The notes below the pieces were generated by a model. The model made no database searches, was not told where the DNA came from, and saw only the letters and a program-made list of their open reading frames with translations. Of a stretch of DNA of 64,000 nt, positions 1-12,170 are shown piece by piece. Source of the stretch: Trichosphaerium sp. ATCC 40318 (lineage: Eukaryota; Protista; Tubulinea). Positions within the stretch are counted from its first letter, which is position 1. The number at the start of each line of letters is the position of its first letter. Location of the stretch: positions 62,001 to 126,000 of the forward strand of contig JALMLS010000149.1 in the NCBI GenBank assembly GCA_038496445.1, read 5' to 3'. Made by a program: the position numbers and the translations under genes.

Positions 1-947
1 ACAACATACAACAGGAGTTTGTAGATCGTATGTTTGTCTGAAAGATCCTATTTTGTATTTTGTTTACGATTAACAGTTAAATAGCAACTCGTGTCGTGAC
101 CTTGCAAATATTAGACAACCTGAAAAGAAAGATGCCAATGTTATTCTACGATTGTATAGGTGGATAAAGAAGGCTCGGGAAATTACAGATCGTTCTGGAA
201 ATACGTACAGATACGTTGTTTGCAGACCAATATTGGTGCGTTTCTAGTTATTGCAACTAAGACTAATATCTTGCTATCACAGGGTATGCTTCTAGTTATG
301 ATTGGATCACTCTACACTGGGTTTATTTCTATTGGTATTGGAGGTAAGTTAAAAGAACGAAAGAATTGATTTATCGAAGTAAGTGACTTACCTTGGAATT
401 AAATTAGAATCGTCAGTAACAACATTAAATGCTCAATGTGGTCTACCTATCAAGGTACTTAATACTAATCTTTTAGTTTCTAATGAATAGATTTCTAAAG
501 GGACATCTGTATTTATTGTAACTATTGTTGTATTATCAAGTAATGTCACAGATATAATATTCAAATTGATAGAAACACGTGCGCTCTACAATGAATAGTT
601 TATTGACATACTTAACTTTTCCGCAGATAAACTCGGGATGTCTTTTCCTTGGCCTCTCCTTATGTGGACTATTCCAGGTGTTCTTATAGGTGCTCAATTA
701 GGTGCATTTGTGGCTAATAGGGTACCAGAAAGTATGGTACGTTACACTACTTACCATTTATGTAATTCCTTTTAATATTTGTTGCTAGGGTGAGATTATA
801 ATAATTGTGTTATTTGGTATTATGTTCCTTGTCATGACTACACTTCTTGTATTGCTCTTACTTGATGTCATTCACCTAGACTTACCCTCCCATACAAACT
901 CAACAAGTACATTAAGCCAATTAGTACCTCCTACAATGGTGTATTAA
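1..947 (+). CDS. Sulfite exporter TauE/SafE-family membrane protein, 3' part (multi-exon, begins before window)
   Basis: Spliced exons give hydrophobic segments GMLLVMIGSLYTGFISIGIG, KGTSVFIVTIVV and WTIPGVLIGAQLGAFVANRVP, typical of TauE; stop TAA 945-947. Confidence 0.7.
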
Positions 948-1054
948 ACAACGAATAAAAACAAACTGTGCTACTAACGCTTTCCTTTACTTAACGAAAC
1001 AATTACCAAAATGAATATACTCTGTTAACGCTGGCCCACTTCTGACAATGAGTC

Positions 1055-2370
1055 TCACAGTGATGTTGCTAATGCGTCGCCTTTACGAGGGTTACGCACA
1101 TAAACAGCCTTGTGGAACGCTATACCAGACAGAAACAAACATTGTATTCACTTTTCTAAGTATTACAAGTCTGAGTAGCAATATTTTGTTCATTAAAACA
1201 ACGATATCAATTCAATGGTGCCAATTGTGCATTAAGTAACCAAAACTTACTTCCCAAAGGTAATCCAAATTGACCTAAAACGTACACTTGTAAATAAAAC
1301 TAAAAAGTTATAGACCATCGTACTGTCTAGAGCATCAAGTTCTTTTACTGCAACTACTTTTACTGTAACACTTGGAGATAATCTACCATCATATCTTTGC
1401 TTTATTTCATCACATAGAGCCTACATAAACATCAGCACTAAAGCCACAACGAGGAATAGACTTGTTTGTACGTACTGGGTTCAGGAATATTGGAGGTTGT
1501 ACTGCCATACCATGCATTGTTGCTGATAGTCTGTATATACCCTCTCCACTTAGTGTCATCGACACCACGTGGCCTATGATTTGATGTGCATCATTAAAGT
1601 TTGCCATATCAATAGGAGTTGCTTGTTCTACGTCAAACGGTCGCCCTTTATTTTCAAAAGTATTTGGAGAGGATCTTAGTGCTGTAGGAGCCATTAAATC
1701 CTTTGTAGTAATAGTTGCTGTTCGAGTATTTTGTGGCGTTTCAGGCACGTGTTTTTCTTTCTTCAAAGACGCAGTAGGAACTTGAAGAAAAAAAACTGTT
1801 AGTTTCGTTTAGGTTTATGTGCTTGTTTAAACGGTACCATTCATAAATGAGCGGTAGGATATTCGTTGTTGGTACTCAATAAGAGAATCATAGTTTTCTT
1901 TCATTAGTTGTGATTTTAATTCTGACCAAGAGACGTTAAATTTCTCCTGTAGTATGTCTGTGATTGTATTCTCTGGCGTGAGAGCGTATAAGAGCCTAAA
2001 TTATTTGTTAGTACGTTTCTAATCGGCTAGCGTATTTTTTAATACCGTAGGGCTTCTGTGGCAGGGTCTAAGAGCGTTGGTAAGTAAAAACATGAGCGTT
2101 AACGGTAAATTGATGTTTGTTGTACCAGATAACAGTAATTGTTGCGCCAAAGCAGCACTGAGTATCTTTCCGTCTGATTCAAGTTGTTGTAGCTCTTTTA
2201 ACACCCGTGTTGCTAAATATTAGTGTTAATAGATTCATTATGTCTCCTGAGCGTAGTAATTACGTGCCAACCTCATATCTTGACACTATAGTCTTTTCTT
2301 TCATCAACTTTGCTACAATTTGCGCTTCTGACGTTATAACAAACTCACGTAACTCGGGTTCTTCAAGCAT
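1055..2370 (-). CDS. Hypothetical multi-exon protein with possible C-terminal ATG11/FIP200 claw-like domain
   Basis: ATG 2370 (MLEEPEL); exons include ORFs 2019-2204 and 1410-1766; spliced C-terminus PPIFLNP...VTVKVVAVKELDALDSQFGLPLGTFHKAVYV. Confidence 0.45.
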
Positions 2371-2486
2371 GGCCTATTAGTTTTTGTGTAAGTATTTTAA
2401 ACGAAGCTAATTCACTTAATGACACTTGAAGTTTTTCGCTGGTTGTGGCTGGTATGGGAATACTAGTATGGTACAATATTTATTTT

Positions 2487-3678
2487 TTACAACAGAGAGT
2501 TCAAGCCAGCTGGGTATATCTCAAGTTGGGTTGGTTTGGGTGGTAAATAAGGTACAAACCATAATAGAGGACTATCACCAAATATTTCTTCCCAATTATC
2601 TCGTATGCTCTTATAGAATGAAGCACGGTCCTATAAGTACAAGAGAGTTAATATAAAGAGTAGGAAAATTGAATAAGTTTTTTCTCAATGTCATTGCAAT
2701 CAAACAAAAAATCAGCATAAAAAGATCTGTCTCTGCGGAACTGAACTGCCGTTTCTTGTTTAAATGTGTACCTCCATATCATGATACCCAGTAAGACTTC
2801 CAACAAACTCAAGAGTTGTTTGGTTTATAAGAACAAGGAAGAAGTGAAAGGCGCAGAAACCGCCAATGACACAGAATATAATACATGTCACATAAAATAA
2901 TATTTCTAATGATAACTCATTTTCTTCGTTCTATTTTAATAATATTAGCTCGTTTATCCGTATGATGAAGACCACATACCTTGGATAAATGTTCATGGGC
3001 TGTAATAGCCGCAAACGCTGAAATAGATACACTATGAAATAAAAGAAGAACAAAAAACTTGTGGTTGTGTCTACCAACGCAATTACCTACCCAAACGCCT
3101 AGAATTGGTCAATTAAGTGATGAAAAAATGTCAGCAGGTACAATGGTGGTCCATTCTAGAAATACAACTACAACATGGTCAGTGAGCGAATGGATATTGG
3201 CTCAGTGAGCTGTATATACGTACGCTTCGCATAGAGCGCAGTGGTGGCAACGTGGCGGTTTTACAATGTCGCATTTGTTACATCGACGATAGCGCAGTAC
3301 ATATGGTACATGTCTGCCTAGAATACGTGTTAAAACAAAATATTGCCGTATTGACGCGCCTGTTTGTCGGTCAAGTAATTCTGAATGGTCTAGAAGCATT
3401 GGAGGTTGTGTTAAGCACGCTTTATAAAATGACGTGACTAGTAGGCCCAGTAGTACGTGTAACATCATGAGGTTTACAAAATCAGGAATACTATTTTAGA
3501 TACGCTTAGAATATTGCTGTTACGCGGTTTTGTACCCTCCTGATAACAAATAAGCCATTCCAACGGTTTTTATCCAAGTGAAATAAAGCCACGTTATCAT
3601 CAGCGCTATAACCAAAGGAGGGATCGCAAGGACGAGGTTTTTGGTAAACCTCCATAGCGGTTGTACCGCATAGCGCAT
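2487..3678 (-). CDS. DHHC-type palmitoyltransferase
   Basis: CNKCDIVKPPRCHHCALC, MDHHC and VWVGNCVGRHNHKFF across exons; C-terminal DNWEEIFG motif; ATG 3678, stop 2487-2489. Confidence 0.93.
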
Positions 3679-3739
3679 TGTTGTAGGTTAAAAAAGTCTT
3701 GGCTTGTCTTCCAGCAAAAATACTTTTGGTTGCCCAATC

Positions 3740-6700
3740 ATGGACATCTTTGGTGGTATGTTCGATGATGACGAAGATGACGGCTTTGAGCTGCTAGGAG
3801 CTCCTACAGTTCGTGGTCGTTGCGAGAGGCCTCCTATGCAACCAAGAGAGGTCTCTCAATACGTAGGGCTGTTAAATCAGTAAGTTTTACTTATTTATAC
3901 ACAATTTTATACTTGAAGTTCTCACAACGCACAGAGGTGCTACTTGCTACCTAAACTCGCTCATTCAAGCTATTTATTTGACACCTGAATTTCGCGAACG
4001 TATTTACGCAATTCCACTGGATGAAATGGTTATAGACATAGACGAGGTACGATATAAACAACTTATTCAGAAAACATCTCTTCACTGACTCAATCGTTTA
4101 TTTCCGTTATTTTTTCTTAAAACTTGGCTGTCTTACCACTCTCTAGGATGATGATAAAGAACCAGAGTTATCTACTGACCAACAAAATACAGCAGCACAA
4201 CTCCTTGGTATGGGTTTCGATGCCAAACAAGTACGTACTAACACAAATATCGAAAATCTTCTAGTTGCACGCGTTTAATCAAATTGCTTAGGTGTATAGT
4301 GCTGTAAAAATATATCCCAATGACGTAAACGCTGCGTACGGCCATTTGTAACCCGTTTGACAGCTGTATTCTAATAAAAATCTAAAGTCTCGAGTGGGTA
4401 CTCGGTGGAGGTGCACAAGAGCCAGAGCCTGAAGAACCAATACTTGGACAAGGATTTGAAGATGATGATGAAGATGGAACAGAACCAGAACCAAAAAAAA
4501 AGAGGCAACGAGTTCTTGTTATTCCAAGAGAGCTACAACGACTTTTTGCAAGAATGCAAAAGTTGAACCAAGTAAACTTCCCACCTAAAGTATGATTTAC
4601 CACATAGTACTAACTTTCCTTATTAGTATGCTGTATCCACAGAAGGACTTACAGATGGATTTGGATGGAAGGGTAATGACACAAACATTCAACATGATGT
4701 ACATGAACTCAACAGGTAGATGCATTGTAATCTATTATTCCGGAATCTGATGTTTTTTTTTCTAAAATTAGGGTTCTTTTTGATGCTATTGAGAAGTCGT
4801 TACAGTCAACATCACAAAGAAACTTGATAAATGATCTTTATAAAGGAACTACAGTTAATCAAGTGAGGTGTTGTAACTGTGATAGTACGTACTAACCGGG
4901 TTTTTGTGTTGTTTGTTTTTTTTTGTTACTGATACTTTTATTGTTAGAGGTTTCAGAATCTGAGGAGTTGTTCCTAGACCTTCAACTACATCTAAGCTCT
5001 TTTATTGATAGCTATGAATCAGTTCCTGAGAGTCTTACTGCTCAGACTTCATTCGAGAAACTTGACGGTGCTAATCAGTGTGTATTAGTTGTTTTAAAAC
5101 TCCAGCAAGCTTATGTACATTCAGGTACTATTGCGACAGATGCAAATGTAAAGTAGATGCTCTCAAAGGTGTTCGTATCAAGACTTTACCACCTATTCTT
5201 GTATTATCTCTACAACGGTTTGAATACAACCTCCAGAAGGTATGAGACTAACTATCAGAGCTAACAGGTTCTGATGACTGTTTTTAGCAAGCACGTGTTA
5301 AAAATCCCAAAAAATTCGCCTTCAGTACCAGTCTTGATATGAAGGATTACTGTACCGAAGATAATATTGAAAATACAGTATATGATCTATTTTGCGTTGT
5401 GATACATACCGGAACAAATGCTGGGTTCGGTCATTATCACACTTATGTCAAGTATGTGTACAAAACTAAGTCAGTATTCTAAGGCTACATTAGAGACTTA
5501 TTGCAAGAAGGCAATTACAGCTACAAGGAAACAGATGCATCTACGGATTCAAAAGACACGGCTGATAAAGGTGGTGACAAAACAGATGAAGATGAAACAG
5601 ACGGTGGGTGGAAGGCGCCCGATGATATGCCGGCTAAGTACGAGGTACACTTTTTTGCAGGCTATTTTTATAAAATACTTTACAGGGATGGTATAACTTC
5701 AATGATTCTGTTGTTACTCCTGTTAAAACTTCTGCATTGTCAAAACAATTTGGTGGACGAACAGAGTGTGCTTGTATCCTTTGCTTCTAGTTTTCATATT
5801 GTGGTCTTAATTTTTTTGCCTTTAACTGTTGCAGATATGCTTATATACAGAAGGCGTACTTTAAGCCCACCAAGTTCTATAAAGCTACCAGAACATCTTA
5901 AGGAGGAAATAGATAAGGCCAATAAAGATCTAGAAAAAGAGAGAATAGACTACGAAGAAAAAATGGTAAATAGAGCTTACCATTATAACTTACTAATTAT
6001 TTATCCAGAGTCAAATCGATATTGAAGTGGTTCTGCCTACGTTTTACAATGTAAGAGATACCGGGATTACGTATGAACTTGTAGTGTAAAAAACGCATTA
6101 TTAATCGTATCCGTAGACCTCTCAAACCTGTCACAAGGGAAGATCATGAGATGGTGCTGAATGGGAAAAAGACTATTACAATTAAGCTTAAAAGTACAAT
6201 GAATGACTTCCGTGTTATGATAAAGGATGCCTTTGGAGATGGTACTAATGCATCCTTTTACTATAATGGGTTTATTTAACATACAAATTAGCCATTGGTC
6301 TGCTTTCAGACTTTGTAATTGATGAAGTAACAACACGTTGCGGTAAATTCCATTTGGGTAGAAGAATTAATGCTGTTGGCACTGTAAGTATTTTACTAAG
6401 TTTAGTTTGATGCTAATACCTTAGTTGTAGGATCTTATTGAATCTACTGAGTCTGGGTTAAATCACAATATCAAAGTATTAGTTTGGGATGGTAAGTTAT
6501 TCAATGGCATTGACTGGGCTGACTTGGCGACTTCAATAACACTTCAAGTACGAAAAGGAATACTAAATAATACCTTACAACCTTTAGTTGACCTGGTACG
6601 ATACTGACGGCACGGAGACTTTGCATAAAGTCTCTGTTCATGAAGGCTGTACTATTGGTGCTCTTAAAGAAGCTGTTGGTAATGCATGTGATGTTGATGT

Positions 6701-8761
6701 TGATGAATTGTTTATATGTCGTGTTGATAGGGATGAAGTAAGAAACACAATGAAGTTTGATTGTTCTAAGTCCTTTTTCTAGCATGTGTCTATTGCTTTT
6801 CTTCCTGAAACTACTTCAACATTTGATGTTGGCATTGTTGAAGGAACAATGATTACTGCTGAGAGCACACCACCTTCGTACCAAGAATGTTTATCTCTTA
6901 ACGCCTATAAAACAAAAGGATGCAGCTGGGTAATTTATGTTGTTGACAAATGCTCAACAAGTGGCTCTACTGGTTCCGTTTTACAAGTTACAGCAGATAG
7001 CGGTGTTTCTCTTTCAACAGTAAAAGATCAAGCTATTGAAATGCTAAAGGATGTTCATGATAATCTAAAAGATACAAACACAAGACTTCGGAGGTGAAAA
7101 TTGTAGTTGTATTTCTTCTTGTACTAAATTTTGTTCGTATAGGGCTCTGTTAGGAGATTCTCCTGGAGAGATTTATGCAGATGAGAGTAAAACATTACAG
7201 ACACTTGGTATACATTACCATCACGTGATAGTTTTTATTTGCTTATTGTTAATTATAGGTTTCACTGATTGTACACGTATCATTATTGAACGTGGAAGAG
7301 TTCCAAAGTCAATGGCACTTAGCGCAATGACAATCAAGTTTATTTTAGGTATGTTGATTGTTTTTGTAGCTTTTCTGTGTTGTTGCGTGTGCCATTAGTA
7401 TAACTTGCTTATTACTATCTTAGGAAGAGACGGGAAGGCAGTGCCAGATCATGATGAGTATGATATAAACTTACAGATGGAATGGACCGTACTCACTTGT
7501 AAAGAAAAGATGCAAGAGTTGCTACAACAAAAAGAAGAATCTTTCAGGTATTAAAAACCTTCTAATATAATTGTACTAAACCACATACCCATAAGATTGT
7601 ATAAAGTTAACCCAATATGGAAGGAACCTACAGAGATTTTTGATGACGAATCAAAGAAGATTCAGGTACGGTTCTTTACAAAAACAAGGAGCTAGAAGCG
7701 CCTTTTGACTTACAATTATTTAGCAATGTGGTGTAAGAAATGGTGATGTTTTATGGCTTGAGTATGGCGTACCGCCTGTTAAAGGAGAGATCAGACTTAC
7801 AGTTGAATTCGCAACATTTGAATGGACACAAAATGTAGGAATGGATTTTCTTAACTTTGATAGGTAAGTATTCTCACTTTCTTGACGTTTCTCTGCATTG
7901 TTAACCTTTTCTCTATAACCAGAGTAACAAACATTGATATATCAAAGTTTGTTACTGTAAAAAAGCTAAAGGAAGTGCTCTGCACAAAACTGGAACAAAT
8001 TGTAAGTTCAGTAATTATTATTATCTTTTTAGCTCACTTGTTGTTAGGAATCTCCTAATCATATACGGCTTTGGCGTAACAACTACTTGATACGTGGCGA
8101 TGATACTGTAAACTTATAAGTCTTTAAATTCGTTGTCTAATGTGAGTATTTGTTTAGAAACTAAGCAAGAATAGAATCAAAAAAAGTACTTCAATTGCTG
8201 TACAACTTTTATCAGAACCAGAAATCTTACCTACAAACACTCGATTACTGTTCCTTCGTAAACGTGATCCAAAGAGTAAAAAGCTGGAACCTGGGGAAGA
8301 GATAAGTGTCGTCGGAGACGTACGTATACAAAGTGAAGCAGTGCTAAATTGAACTAAAAAAACGTTTCAGCTGCGAAGTGGTACACCTAGAGAATCAATA
8401 TTCAAGGCGGTTCAACTTCAAGTTGGTGTACCAGAAGAGTTTCTTGAGTGCGCATTGGCTCGTTCTAACAAATGGGTATGGATTAGTAAACCTCCTGAAA
8501 CAGAGAAGAAAGGTGGAAATGGTGTTTGGTTCAAGGACGGAAGTGAGTTGTCTTTTTTTTTTTGGCAGATTCTCAAGTTTTTGTTTTTTAGACGTTATAT
8601 GTTGGAGAGATAAACGGGATGATCCAGAGAATACTGATGATTTTTTCTTAAAGCCTGTACGTTCGGTTAAGTCTAGAAAAAACTTTAAAGGAAATCAAAA
8701 CCCTGCACCACGAGTTATTGAACGTGGTGTCAAAATTGATACAATGTGGGTTGAACAATAA
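3740..8761 (+). CDS. USP40: Ubiquitin carboxyl-terminal hydrolase (C19), USP40-like, many exons
   Basis: Cys box GLLNQ/GATCYLNSLIQ, QHDVHELNR, His box HTGTNAGFGHY, ECAYMLIYRR; N-terminal layout (M..G.MF.DDE...PREV..Y.GL.NQG) resembles USP40; long C-terminal region. Confidence 0.85.
5774..5834 (+). other. U12-type GT-AG intron in USP gene
   Basis: 5'SS GTATCCTTT; branch-like GCCTTTAAC 8 nt before the 3' end; splicing restores conserved ECA-Y-MLIYRR. Confidence 0.85.
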
Positions 8762-8983
8762 AAAAACACAAAAATGCATGTATGAAAACTGAAGCTGAGA
8801 GAAAACCTTACACCTACAGCTCTTTTTGAGCGTTAAAACCTTCTCTCTAAATTATTTTGGTAACTTTGATTCAAATCTGAGAGCCCTGCTAAACGCGCTG
8901 AGAGTAGGAAAACGAAATTCTGATTTTTTTTTAAATCTTTACATTTTATTTAATAAATAGTTTTTTGGTGGACGTTTGGTTGT

Positions 8984-9505
8984 TCATTCCAAGTCTACAT
9001 GTTCTCTGTCCTCACTTGAATCATGTACAGTTATATCTAAGTTTCTATGAGACGTTGACATTACATGAAACCGTGGAACAACATCTGAAGAAAAGTCTAC
9101 TTGAACTCTTAAAATAGGATTAACATTCTTTGTTCTAGATCTTAGTTTAATGTTAAAACTACCACTAAAAGCTTCGCTAAGGTCTCCAAAATTATCAATA
9201 TTTACAACAGCTCTACCAATAGTCTTTGTGCTCTTCAATATTTTCTTCTTTTTTATAATCTTGAATTTCAAAAATAGCGGCTGTCCATAGCTCTTAACTT
9301 GTATAGGATCAACCGGAGTATTGAATGTGGCATCGTGTGATGTTGTTTGTTTACTTTTAGCTGACTTTTGAGTACTTTTATGTCTTTTATGATCGCATAG
9401 AGCAACTTTTATGTAGTAATCACGTGATGAGCTTCTATTCTTCATGTCACGCAAGTCTTCAATGCGTATGTATAAAAAACCTTCGTATAACGCTGTATCG
9501 CTCAT
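8984..9505 (-). CDS. Intronless C2-domain protein (173 aa)
   Basis: LYIRIEDLRDM, DYYIKV, ATFN, TIGRAVVNI pattern of a C2 beta-sandwich. Confidence 0.65.
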   Translation of the reverse strand: MSDTALYEGFLYIRIEDLRDMKNRSSSRDYYIKVALCDHKRHKSTQKSAKSKQTTSHDATFNTPVDPIQVKSYGQPLFLKFKIIKKKKILKSTKTIGRAVVNIDNFGDLSEAFSGSFNIKLRSRTKNVNPILRVQVDFSSDVVPRFHVMSTSHRNLDITVHDSSEDREHVDLE

Positions 9506-9919
9506 TCTTTTATTCTGTTATGTCTTGTTGGGTGTAGTGGCTTGAGTTGTAGTGTATTTGTGGTTTGCACTTCGAAGGTGTTTAGAAATTTGATTTTACT
9601 TTTTTTTTTCAGTTTTCCCGAACTGGATGACGTCAACATTAACGAAAAACAAAATTTCGAACGGGCCGGAAAAGCTCTTATTAGGAATTTCAAACAACCA
9701 ACAGTCACGTGATTTATGGTGGCACCTTCGAACGGTTTTTTTTATTTTTGCTTTATTCGCGAATATTTTTGTTACCGTACAACAGTTCATACCCCCTATT
9801 GTCCTAGGGCTTCATACTTAATTAATTGAGTACTTCACAACTATTTATGCGATGGTTTTGTTTATTCACATAAATCGGAAATACACTTGTAAAAATACGC
9901 TAGTTACAATCTATAGCTT

Positions 9920-10120
9920 ACAGCTACTCTTAAAACCGCCTAAGGCCAATTCTTACACAGGCTAGCCTGTAACAGTAACTGAAAAGTTCCCTAAACCGCA
10001 GAACGCGGTTTTCTTTAACCAATCAATGTTGAGTACACGAGCGTTCGCACATATAGGACCTTAGAGGAGGGTAGAGTTGTCAAAAGGATTTAGGGACTGT
10101 TTTTATTGTTTCGTTTGACA
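9920..10120 (+). ncRNA. Candidate structured non-coding RNA (unassigned)
   Basis: Intergenic segment with nested complementarities: closing stem 9920-9947/10056-10080, hairpins 9957-9970 and 9993-10011, GAACGC/GCGTTC, TGTCAAA/TTTGACA. Confidence 0.25.
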
Positions 10121-10194
10121 TCCAGAGTCTGAACGTCACCGCGGAACTTCTGAAATTACTTGAAGGCAGAAAGAGCGTTTATTGGAAAAGATGC

Positions 10195-10882
10195 TTACAG
10201 AAAAAACCTTACAATGTGAGTGGCAAGACCGAACGTAAAAGTCAAGCCTGTAGCCCAAATAGGACCTCTAATAGGCATCGAGTTTACGTATGCTATTGTG
10301 TAAAGAGTACGCATAAAGAGATACCCATACATCCAGAATTGAGCAGCGAATGGGTTTGGATTTGTGAAAACATAAACAGAAGCCAAAAGAAGGAATGGTA
10401 CAACGTTTTCTAAATCGTTTTGTTGAGCCCGACGTATCCTACCATAAAGTCAACTTAAAAGTACGTCACGTGCAGTATTAATTAAGGATCTGAACCGTAA
10501 CAAAAATAATACCTTGCAACATCTTCATTGTTCTCAACTTTTGCCGGAGGTGTTAATTTGAAATATCTGTAATCTTCAGCGTTTGGCAAGTTTGTACCTA
10601 CAAGCCGTGTCCTTACGCTAAAATATAGTCAGTTTCGAGATGAAGAAATATGCTGGATCGGTTAGCTAAAAAAAAAGCGCACGTGTGAATGCTCTTCCAG
10701 ATAATGAGACCAACAAGACCAACAAGAGAAAGTCCAAAAGTTTTAAATACTAGTGGGTCTGGAATAGATGGCGAGAATCCTGAGTTGTACGTTTGCCCAA
10801 GTAATAGAGGGTTTATGAAAGCACTGGCTACACCAAAAGCTATAGGTACGAGGTATCCAGCGATAGGTGGAGGAGCTGACAT
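10195..10882 (-). CDS. MAPEG family protein (microsomal GST1 / prostaglandin E synthase-like)
   Basis: PNAEDY, RIRRAQQNDLENV and YLFMRTLYTIAY motifs over three exons. Confidence 0.88.
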
Positions 10883-12170
10883 TGTCGGAAGCTTGACAGT
10901 TTTTGTTTGTGTAGATACTTAAGCCACATTGTTGCGGCGAAACCGGTGGAAAGAAAGGCCTGATTCGAGTAATCAACAGATTAATAAAACGAGAATCATA
11001 GTGTACAAGGTGCACCTGTATCTATAGCTTTATACTACCGTAGTTTGGATGTACACCGTTTAATGTGAAGTGAGCAGCGACAATAGTTCTTTCCGAGGAA
11101 TTAACAAAAATTTGAGTAACATTAAACCGGTGGCTTTCGGTTTTAATGCACAAGTACTTAACACGTGTTATTACGTAATCAAAAGGTTTGCACTACTTTT
11201 CGCGAACTTTGGCGCCATGTTATATTTCTAAGATCAGGTTGAAGGCCGTTTTTGGACAACATTTTTGGTCAGAAAACAGCGCACTTTTAGCCAATCGAGG
11301 ATCTAATCAATTATGCGAAAAGTACAAACCCAAGGATAATTTCATAATACCACGTGTTCATGTGCCAATCCCACAATAGGTAAGTAATACTCAATTTTGC
11401 ATTTGATTAGATTATGCGTCTCATGGTGTAGGCAAAACCAATTTCATTGTATTCACTACTTATCAACGCAACGAGAATCTATTCAGTGTATTGAATACAT
11501 AAGATGGTCTCCTAGGCGGGTTTGTGCAAAGCGTTTCTCAAAGAAAGTGAATCACTTGTGAGACTCAGACTGGAACTGTAAAAAAGCAGCCAGGAACCTT
11601 ACTCAGGATGAATACAATGCTTATTATCAACTATGTGACGAGGAGACACGTACAAGACAAATGGTTGTCGTGCTTCAGCTGCACCTAAAAGTTCAGACAC
11701 TAGCATTAGCCATCGTCGTTCAGTACATGAATGTAACAATTGCTTTCATGAGGAGCTTTCTGTAAACAACACTGCCCTTTCTACTGGGTTGCATGACAAT
11801 TTGCGGAAACAACAGTGAACTTCTTGTCAAACATAGCACAGGCTAATTGCATTGCAAAAGCAATCGCGCTGTCTGAACGAATGTGTTGTAGGCATATAAT
11901 AACGACGAATATGACACATGCTCGGCTTATTGTAACAATGAATATAACAAAAACACAATCACCGGTCAATGTGCACTGCCTAGTCGCGCAACAGTGGGAG
12001 ACAAGAAACCTTGTGAAGCAGCATGGCTCACTACATTCAAGTTTACAATCTAACGAGATAAACAATTGTTTTTTCCTATTAGAGTCTTGATCCTCAAAAA
12101 ACCGAAAAACTTTTGGTTTGTGAGTTAAGTCGAGCTTGCTAAGCTGTTTTTTTACCAATCCAGTAGAACG

